Assembly: GCA_050249355.1 (NCBI GenBank)
Contig: JBFWQQ010000003.1
Location: 1-51,197, forward strand
Direction of reading: 5' to 3'
DNA: 51,197 bases
Source: Alphaproteobacteria bacterium
GTDB lineage: Bacteria > Pseudomonadota > Alphaproteobacteria > Rickettsiales > SXRF01
In this document: piece after piece, positions 33,600-40,022 of the stretch
How the letters are laid out: the number at the start of each line of letters is the position of its first letter
How positions within the stretch are numbered: position 1 is the first letter of the stretch
Program-made: the position numbers and the translations under genes
Notes under the pieces: model-generated
The model's database searches: none
What the model was told of the DNA's origin: nothing
Seen by the model: only the letters and a program-made list of their open reading frames with translations

Positions 33600-34220
33600 T
33601 TACGCCATTTCCATGCCGCCACGGCCACGCTGCTGCTGGATGCCGATGCCTTCAATGCCGTTGCGGATTTCCGCAGTGAACAAAGCGCCATTGGACAGGT
33701 TCTCGCCACCGCTGACGCCCATTTCCGCGCCGCTTTTTGCAATCCCCAGGCTGGCCAGTAACCCTGCAGCACCGCCGCCTATCATAGAAAGCCCGGCCAG
33801 TGCACCGACGGTATCGCCGGCTTGTTGCTGCAGTTGTTTACCTTCCTCATGTCGCACTGCCTGCTCCACCCGGTCGATTTGCTGTTGCAACATGGCCAGA
33901 TCCTGACCGGACATACCCGTGGGATCCTGTGAAAGCGCCTGCACGTCAATATCCGGTGCCTGCTGGCCCTTGGATGCCGCATAGGCTTTTATCTCGTCTA
34001 CTTTCTGGCTGAGAACACGAATATCTTCCAACGCTTTCATGCGCGCAGCGTTGGTAGAATCATCGAACTGTGCTGCATCCGGGCTGGTAGCGCCCAGCCG
34101 CTCTTCGCGCACGCCATCACCTTCACGGGTGTAGGCAATACCGGTCTCGGTCGCTACCGCCGCACCGCCAGCGCGCTGTTCTTTGGTCTCGGTTTCGTCT
34201 TCCAGTAAGGGCATAGGCAT
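33600..34220 (-). CDS. Orphan coiled-coil protein with Gly-rich hydrophobic segment
   Basis: Start MPMPLLEDE at 34220 after CAGGAAAAT; the upstream part of the track ORF is antisense to rluD; ends QQQRGRGGMEMA. Confidence 0.8.
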   Translation of the reverse strand: MPMPLLEDETETKEQRAGGAAVATETGIAYTREGDGVREERLGATSPDAAQFDDSTNAARMKALEDIRVLSQKVDEIKAYAASKGQQAPDIDVQALSQDPTGMSGQDLAMLQQQIDRVEQAVRHEEGKQLQQQAGDTVGALAGLSMIGGGAAGLLASLGIAKSGAEMGVSGGENLSNGALFTAEIRNGIEGIGIQQQRGRGGMEMA

Positions 34221-34263
34221 ATTTTCCTGATTATAGAATATGGTGAAAGCCCCGACCATACAA

Positions 34264-34281
34264 ATGAAACTTTTATGACAA
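34264..34281 (-). promoter_or_regulatory. OmpR-family (Pho-box-like) site upstream of the 33600-34220 gene
   Basis: Reads TTGTCAT-AAAA-GTTTCAT on the coding strand, with CTATAAT further downstream. Confidence 0.45.
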
Positions 34282-34323
34282 AACCGCTTATATTTACGCA
34301 TTATTACGCTATATCCGTATGCT

Positions 34324-35427
34324 ATGAGCGAAATCCTCACATGCATCGTAGATGAAGAATCCGCCGGACAGAGACTGGATAAGTACCTGTCGGCGCAAAT
34401 CTCCGGCATGTCGCGGGCGCGTCTGCAGGCGCTGATATCCAGCGGGCATGTGACATGTGACAACGCAGCGCTCGCCGATGCCGCAAAGAAAATAAAAACC
34501 GGACAAACCATTCGCATCACGGTGCCCGATGTCGAACCGTCCCACATTGTGGCGCAGGATATTCCGCTGGATATCGTGTACGAAGATAACGACATACTCA
34601 TCATCAACAAACCTGCCGGGCTGACCGTGCACCCTGCCCCCGGCCATCCTGATTCCACGCTGGTCAATGCACTGCTGGCCCATTGCGGTGATTCGCTGTC
34701 GGGCATCGGCGGAGTGGCACGGCCGGGTATCGTGCACCGAATCGACAAGGAAACCAGCGGGCTGCTGGCCGTGGCGAAAAACGATGCCGCGCACGCCGCG
34801 CTGTCGGCACAACTGGCCGACCGCACACTCAAACGCACGTATGCTGCGCTGGTGTGGGGCGTACCTTCACCGCTCAAAGGAAGTATCACCGGCAATATCG
34901 GGCGCAGCGCGCGCGACCGGAAAAAAATGGCGGTGCACCGCAGCGGCGGGAAACCGGCAGTGACACATTATAAAGTATTGCAAACGTTCTTGCTGAAAGA
35001 TAAAGAAGCGCGGTCAGCAGGCCGCGTCAGCCTTGAGCGTCGCCCCATGGAAAATTCAGCAGAATTTTCCGGGGGCAATCATAAAACAGCCCCACCCTAC
35101 CCCTCCCCCCTCAAGGGGGAGGGAATAATAAGCAGAGTGGAATGCCAGCTTGAAACCGGGCGCACCCACCAGATACGTGTGCATTTTGCCCATGCCGGGC
35201 ATGCGCTGGTCGGCGATCCGGTATATGGACAAACCACCGCCTCTCGCCTGAAATCCGCACGTATTGATGCAGATGTTAAAACGGCCCTGCTGGCGTTCGG
35301 GCGGCAGGCGCTGCATGCACACGCGCTGGGCCTGATACACCCGGCAAGCGGCGAAGCAATGGAGTTTACCTGCGAACTGCCGGATGATATGAGAACGCTG
35401 CTTATGGCTCTGGATGCCCGTTCCTAA
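34324..35427 (+). CDS. rluD: 23S rRNA pseudouridine synthase, RluA/RluD family (with in-frame repeat insertion)
   Basis: N-terminal S4 domain, NKPAGLTVHP, HRIDKETSG, ETGRTHQIRVH, RQALHA. Confidence 0.95.
   Translation: MSEILTCIVDEESAGQRLDKYLSAQISGMSRARLQALISSGHVTCDNAALADAAKKIKTGQTIRITVPDVEPSHIVAQDIPLDIVYEDNDILIINKPAGLTVHPAPGHPDSTLVNALLAHCGDSLSGIGGVARPGIVHRIDKETSGLLAVAKNDAAHAALSAQLADRTLKRTYAALVWGVPSPLKGSITGNIGRSARDRKKMAVHRSGGKPAVTHYKVLQTFLLKDKEARSAGRVSLERRPMENSAEFSGGNHKTAPPYPSPLKGEGIISRVECQLETGRTHQIRVHFAHAGHALVGDPVYGQTTASRLKSARIDADVKTALLAFGRQALHAHALGLIHPASGEAMEFTCELPDDMRTLLMALDARS
35002..35078 (+). repeat. Double-hairpin AGNA repeat inside rluD
   Basis: GCGGTC-AGCA-GGCCGC-GTCAGCCTTGAG...CAT-GGAAAATTC-AGCA-GAATTTTCC-GGGGGC. 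Confidence 0.9.
35089..35124 (+). repeat. C-rich hairpin repeat inside rluD
   Basis: GCCCCACCCTACCCCTCCCCCC-TCA-AGGGGGAGGGA; resembles the CCCTCTCCC...GGGAGAGGG intergenic repeats common in alphaproteobacteria. Confidence 0.7.
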
Positions 35428-35496
35428 TTGCTCTTTGCAAATAATCCTGCGCTGGTGTAGACATACAGGCTGTTTTTTAAAACAGGAAGGTATCCC

Positions 35497-37002
35497 ATGA
35501 CCGCATCCTCTTATTCCGACACCAGCCTGAAGATCAAGAAGGCAGGTTATCTGCTCGGCCCGGCAATATTTCTTTTCACGCTACTCACCGCCCCACCTGA
35601 TGGCATGGCAGTATCCGCTTGGAACGTATGCGGCCTTGCCGCCTGGATGGCGATATGGTGGATGACCGAAGCGATCCCGCTGGCTGCCACCGCCCTGCTT
35701 CCAGTGCTGGTGTATCCGCTGTGCAATATCGTATCGCTGAAAGATACGCTGACCCCATACGCCAACCCGATCATATTCCTGTTCCTCGGCGGCTTCCTGA
35801 TCGCCACCGCCATCCAGAAGACCAACCTGCACCTGCGCATCGCACTGACTATAGTGCGCTTCATCGGCACCAAACCCGACAAGGTGGTGGCTGGTTTCAT
35901 GGTGTCGTCGGCGTTCCTCAGCATGTGGATATCCAACACCGCCACCATGCTCATGATGCTGCCGATCGCACTGTCGGTAGTGGCGCTGATGCGCAGCCAG
36001 ATGGAAAAAGACGCCAGCTGCCCACCCAAGGAATTTGGCATATGCATGCTGCTGGGCATTGCCTATGCCTCCAGCGTCGGGGGCATCGGCACATTGATCG
36101 GCACCCCGCCCAATGCCATCATGAGCGGCTACATGCAACAGAGTTTCGACCTGAATATAGGATTCTTTGAATGGATGGAAGTGGGCGTACCCATGGTCAT
36201 TATCATGCTGTTTGCCATGTGGTGGCTGATGACGCGCGTGCTGTTCTGCATAAAAACCGACGGCAAAGCCAATGCCAAAGTCCTGATCGAAAGCGAAATG
36301 GCCAAACTCGGGCCGATGAGTTCCGATGAAAAACGCGTCACGCTGGTGGCCGTATGCACTGCAGCGTTGTGGATGTTCAACCCGCTGCTTTCCGATGTGA
36401 TTCCCGTGAAGTTCGACGACACGGTGATCGCGATGCTGGGTGCCATGGCGCTGTTCGCTATCCCTATGAACTGGCGCGAGCCGCGCTTCATACTCGACTG
36501 GAAGGACGCCGAGAGCCTGCCATGGGGTGTGCTCATCCTGTTCGGCGGCGGGCTTTCGATGGCCACCGGTTTCGATGCAAGCGGGCTTTCCGGATGGATC
36601 GGCACCAGCTTTTCCACCTTATCGGACCTGCCGCCGATTATACTGCTGGTGATGGTGATCGGCGCCGTTACGGTATGCACCACACTTATGAGCAACGTGG
36701 CGTCGATCAACATCTTCCTGCCGATCATCGTGCCGATGGCGGTGGGCATCAACATGAACCCGCTGTTCTTCACGATACCGGCCACCATGGCTGCCTCTTG
36801 CGCCTTCATGCTGCCGGTTTCCACTGCCAATAATGCTATTGCGTTCGGTACCGGCCATGTTTCCATCGGCCAGATGGCACGCGCCGGGTTCCTGCTCAAC
36901 GTGGTCGCGCTGCCGATCCTGGTGGTGCTGACCTACGCCATAATCATCCCGGTGTTTGGAATCGACATTGGCAGCCTTCCGGCCTGGGCGATCGCCAAAT
37001 AA
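35497..37002 (+). CDS. DASS/SLC13 sodium:dicarboxylate or anion symporter
   Basis: WWMTEAIPL, SMWISNTAT, GTLIGTPPNA, AFMLPVST. Confidence 0.93.
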   Translation: MTASSYSDTSLKIKKAGYLLGPAIFLFTLLTAPPDGMAVSAWNVCGLAAWMAIWWMTEAIPLAATALLPVLVYPLCNIVSLKDTLTPYANPIIFLFLGGFLIATAIQKTNLHLRIALTIVRFIGTKPDKVVAGFMVSSAFLSMWISNTATMLMMLPIALSVVALMRSQMEKDASCPPKEFGICMLLGIAYASSVGGIGTLIGTPPNAIMSGYMQQSFDLNIGFFEWMEVGVPMVIIMLFAMWWLMTRVLFCIKTDGKANAKVLIESEMAKLGPMSSDEKRVTLVAVCTAALWMFNPLLSDVIPVKFDDTVIAMLGAMALFAIPMNWREPRFILDWKDAESLPWGVLILFGGGLSMATGFDASGLSGWIGTSFSTLSDLPPIILLVMVIGAVTVCTTLMSNVASINIFLPIIVPMAVGINMNPLFFTIPATMAASCAFMLPVSTANNAIAFGTGHVSIGQMARAGFLLNVVALPILVVLTYAIIIPVFGIDIGSLPAWAIAK

Positions 37003-37030
37003 AAAAAGGCGGCTACCCAGCCGCCTTTTT
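37001..37030. terminator. Bidirectional Rho-independent terminator
   Basis: AAAAAAAGGCGGCT-ACCC-AGCCGCCTTTTT between convergent genes. Confidence 0.9.
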
Positions 37031-37044
37031 ACTGTTGCGAACGG

Positions 37045-37533
37045 CTAGTAGCGTTCGTTCTTGTTTTCCTCGGAAGGATAACGCTGATTATCATTAGCGC
37101 TCAGATCCCAGTATTCCATGGTTTGGCTGGGGTTGCCATACACGCGGTCACGGCTGCTGCCGGAACGCGGGCGGTGGCCATAATCAGAATGATACGCGCC
37201 GGAACTCGGGCTCATATCATGATAGCGATGTGAACGACGGTCGCTGTAATCGCGGTCATAGTCATGATGGCGCGAATATTTCTTCATGTACTGTTTCTGG
37301 TGGTCAGCCAGTTCCTGACGCGATATCAGTCGATCATCGTTACGGTCGGCATTCTGGAACGCCTGATAGGTGAACGCCTTTTGTTCCGTCCAGCTGATCA
37401 CGCCGTCGTTATTGCTGTCGATCTCATTGAAATATTCTGTTTTGTCAAAGCCACGATGATGGTCTTTACCAGCCATGGCAGGCATTGCAACGCCAACACT
37501 CAGCGCCAATGCTATTACTGCGGTCTTTTTCAT
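37045..37533 (-). CDS. Secreted EF-hand protein (His/Asp/Arg-rich tail)
   Basis: Signal peptide ending AMPAMA; EF loops DSNNDGVISWTE and DRNDDRLISRQE; RBS GAGGA. Confidence 0.88.
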   Translation of the reverse strand: MKKTAVIALALSVGVAMPAMAGKDHHRGFDKTEYFNEIDSNNDGVISWTEQKAFTYQAFQNADRNDDRLISRQELADHQKQYMKKYSRHHDYDRDYSDRRSHRYHDMSPSSGAYHSDYGHRPRSGSSRDRVYGNPSQTMEYWDLSANDNQRYPSEENKNERY

Positions 37534-37619
37534 GATATCCTCTTTCATTGGTTTAAAAGGCAGGGCATATCCCTCCTGCCAGCACTAGGCGCATGCATAT
37601 CAAGATGCCATAAGGAAAT

Positions 37620-37647
37620 AAAAAGGGCGGCCGCAGGGCCGCCCTTT
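37620..37647 (-). terminator. Rho-independent terminator
   Basis: AAAAAGGGCGGCC-GCAG-GGCCGCCCTTT downstream of the 37668-38105 gene. Confidence 0.85.
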
Positions 37648-37667
37648 GACACTGCTCCGGTTAAAGA

Positions 37668-38105
37668 TCAGTGCTTGTTATAAGGCCGTTCATGCTGGCG
37701 GTTGCTTTCGTCGAGGCCACCTTCGTACGATACGGTATTGCTGGTATTGCCATATACGCGATCATTGTGGCTGCCGAATGAACGATTGTCACGGCCTGCG
37801 GCAGGACGCAGGCTATCATAACTGTCGTCTTCCCAGTTGGCCTGCTGGCTGAAGTCATGGTGATGGAACGAGGCGAGCTCTTTTTTGCTGATCAGCTGGT
37901 CACTGTTCGCATCCAGTTTTTTGAACATTTTACGCGTCCATGCATGGTGCTCGGATTGGTTGACCACGCCATCGCCATTCTTATCCATCAGGTCGAAATG
38001 ACCCATTTTATCCTTATCACCATGGCGATGTTTATCGCCGGCGTTTGCGGGCATGGCGGCACTTACCGCCAGAGCCAGCGTAATCGAAACAAGTTTCTTC
38101 ATCAC
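37668..38105 (-). CDS. Secreted EF-hand protein (paralogue of 37045-37533)
   Basis: Signal peptide ending AMPANA; EF loops DKNGDGVVNQSE and DANSDQLISKKE; shared DRVYGN motif; RBS AGGAGGAG. Confidence 0.88.
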   Translation of the reverse strand: MMKKLVSITLALAVSAAMPANAGDKHRHGDKDKMGHFDLMDKNGDGVVNQSEHHAWTRKMFKKLDANSDQLISKKELASFHHHDFSQQANWEDDSYDSLRPAAGRDNRSFGSHNDRVYGNTSNTVSYEGGLDESNRQHERPYNKH

Positions 38106-38311
38106 GTACTCCTCCTATCGGGTTACAGTTTGCGTCAGAACACAACTGACACCCTAGTCATAGCGATGATTTTTCAATTAATCCAGCCCAATGCGAAATT
38201 TCTCTTTTATACAATCATTACAGTTATTTAGAAAGCATATTGTGCATTTTCGATTGTAAAATTCCCATTTTTGCGCTATGAAAAAACTATGTTATTTCAC
38301 GGGAGACATGA

Positions 38312-38458
38312 ATGACCGCAAAAAGAATTTTTATGGTGCTGGTTGTCAGCACCGCACTGGCCGCCTGTAACACAATAAGTGGTATGGGCCAGGATCTGGA
38401 AGCAACCGGCGAGGCCATCAGCGGATCTGCTGAAAACACGAAAGAAAAAATAAAATAG
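38312..38458 (+). CDS. Entericidin EcnA/B-family lipoprotein (48 aa)
   Basis: Manual translation MTAKRIFMVLVVSTALAACNTISGMGQDLEATGEAISGSAENTKEKIK: lipobox LAAC followed by the entericidin signature CNTxxGxGxD. Confidence 0.9.
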   Translation: MTAKRIFMVLVVSTALAACNTISGMGQDLEATGEAISGSAENTKEKIK

Positions 38459-38493
38459 TCATTATTCTGCCCCCTGCGTAATAGCAGCTATGC

Positions 38494-38520
38494 AAAAAAG
38501 CCGGTTGTAACCAACCGGCC
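38494..38520 (-). terminator. Probable minus-strand terminator (bolA-grxD transcript)
   Basis: AAAAAA-GCCGGTTG-TAAC-CAACCGGC. Confidence 0.55.
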
Positions 38521-38563
38521 ACTGGCTTATACCGCCGGTGTGTTCAAAAACTTAGGGGGTTTT

Positions 38564-38716
38564 ATGATCACGTCAAAAGCGTTGAAACTATTGGCTACTG
38601 CTGTTTTTGCTATTTTATCCGTTGCCTGCACCCCATTGCAGGGCAAGAACGATGCAGCGTGGAACAATTACTGGGATGGCGGCGAATACTACGCGCCACC
38701 ACAGACCGATTTGTAG
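38564..38716 (+). CDS. Small putative lipoprotein (50 aa)
   Basis: Manual translation MITSKALKLLATAVFAILSVACTPLQGKNDAAWNNYWDGGEYYAPPQTDL; lipobox-like SVAC; AGGGGG RBS. Confidence 0.65.
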   Translation: MITSKALKLLATAVFAILSVACTPLQGKNDAAWNNYWDGGEYYAPPQTDL

Positions 38717-38719
38717 CAA

Positions 38720-39052
38720 TCAGGCTGCTTTGATACCTTTTTCTGCCAGATAGGTTTGTAATTCGCCGGACTGGTACATTTCACGCACGATGTCGCAACC
38801 GCCGACAAACTCGCCCTTGATGTAGAGCTGCGGGATGGTTGGCCAGTTGGTATATTGCTTGATCCCTTCACGGATCTCCATATCTTCCAACACATTGATA
38901 TCTTTATAATTATCAATGCCCAGCCGCTCAAGCACCTGCACAACCGTGGCGGAAAACCCGCACTGCGGCAGCTGTCTGGTACCCTTCATGTACAGTACAA
39001 TACTGTTATTTTTCAGATCGTTTTCAATACGCTCGAATACGGGATTGGTCAT
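38720..39052 (-). CDS. grxD: Monothiol glutaredoxin Grx4
   Basis: CGFS active site, WPTIPQLY, GGCD. Confidence 0.97.
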   Translation of the reverse strand: MTNPVFERIENDLKNNSIVLYMKGTRQLPQCGFSATVVQVLERLGIDNYKDINVLEDMEIREGIKQYTNWPTIPQLYIKGEFVGGCDIVREMYQSGELQTYLAEKGIKAA

Positions 39053-39328
39053 ATGGGCCTGCCTTACTGGGTTTCTTGAGCACTTAGGGCTTTTGCCCGC
39101 ACTTGTCAATGGCTGCACAACAATTATGGAATAACCCCATGAGAATATCCACTTGTTCATTGAACCGTCACACAACTGACATGCTATTGTCATACAATCC
39201 TGATATATTCAGGGATATGAACGTTATGTTGCTTCCGGCCCCTGCCTGGCAACCGCAGGCCCGGATCGCAACATCAGCTTAGTACGCGCACCATCGCTAC
39301 TATACGCAAAGGCGGGGTAAATGACAGC

Positions 39329-39556
39329 CTACCCTGCCTTTGTCGTTATGGATAGGGCGTGCAGCGTAGTGCCGAGCCCCTCCAACGCTTCCATTACCAG
39401 CCGGTGCTGGGCCACACGGGACTTCCCGGCAAACGCCTTTGAGGTTACCGTGATCTTCCAGTGATCATTATCACCTGCCATGTCATCCAGCACGATGTCT
39501 GCGTCCGGCAGTGCTGCCTTTACTTTCGCTGTGATCTCGTCGCCGGTCATGGGCAT
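39329..39556 (-). CDS. bolA: BolA-family protein
   Basis: GDNDHW, FAGKSRVAQHR, HALSI; adjacent to grxD. Confidence 0.93.
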   Translation of the reverse strand: MPMTGDEITAKVKAALPDADIVLDDMAGDNDHWKITVTSKAFAGKSRVAQHRLVMEALEGLGTTLHALSITTKAG

Positions 39557-39601
39557 GGCAAGTTCTCCTGATTATCGCTGTGATGTTCTTAACAACCCCG
39601 G

Positions 39602-39630
39602 TTGACAATGCAAACCATTATCGTTAGATT
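39602..39630 (+). promoter_or_regulatory. Sigma70 promoter of the iron-uptake operon overlapped by a Fur-box-like site
   Basis: TTGACA-N17-TAGATT; GACAATGCAAACCATTATC (39604-39622) matches the Fur consensus GATAATGATAATCATTATC at 15/19. Confidence 0.7.
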
Positions 39631-39640
39631 TGCGCTACCT

Positions 39641-39659
39641 GATAATGATTATCAATTTC
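39641..39659 (+). promoter_or_regulatory. Fur box
   Basis: GATAATGATTATCAATTTC, 16/19 match to the Fur consensus, just upstream of the RBS. Confidence 0.75.
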
Positions 39660-39674
39660 ATACAAGGACCTCCC

Positions 39675-40001
39675 ATGAAAAAAATACTCATCACAACCGC
39701 TGCAGTGCTTATGGCCAGCCAATCGGCAATGGCGGAAACACCCGAATACAGCCTCACTCTGAAAGATCATAAGTTCGATCCGGAAACTATCGAGATACCG
39801 GCTGATACCAAAGTGAAACTCATAGTAAAAAATGAAGACGAAACCCCAGCGGAATTTGAAAGCGATGATTTCAAACGGGAAAAGATAATCAAGGGCGGTA
39901 AAGAAGCCACCATTTATGTAGGGCCACTGCCGGCAGGTGAATATAAATTCTTCGACGAATTCAACATGGATACCGCCCAAGGTGTTCTTATCGTAAAATA
40001 G
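39675..40001 (+). CDS. Periplasmic cupredoxin-domain protein (FtrB/EfeO N-terminal type)
   Basis: Signal peptide ending SAMA; NEDETPAEFES, REKII and GEYKFFDEF motifs; precedes FTR1. Confidence 0.9.
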   Translation: MKKILITTAAVLMASQSAMAETPEYSLTLKDHKFDPETIEIPADTKVKLIVKNEDETPAEFESDDFKREKIIKGGKEATIYVGPLPAGEYKFFDEFNMDTAQGVLIVK

Positions 40002-40022
40002 CGCGAACGACGTAGGTACACC

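Noticed and set aside
34221-34895. N-terminal 225 aa of the 431-aa minus-strand ORF 33600..34895
   Set aside because: Mostly an antisense shadow of rluD; the real gene most plausibly starts at ATG 34220, which has its own RBS and -10 element
39053-39328. Small ORF or sRNA between grxD and bolA
   Set aside because: Short frames lack an RBS or recognisable features, and no convincing structure was seen
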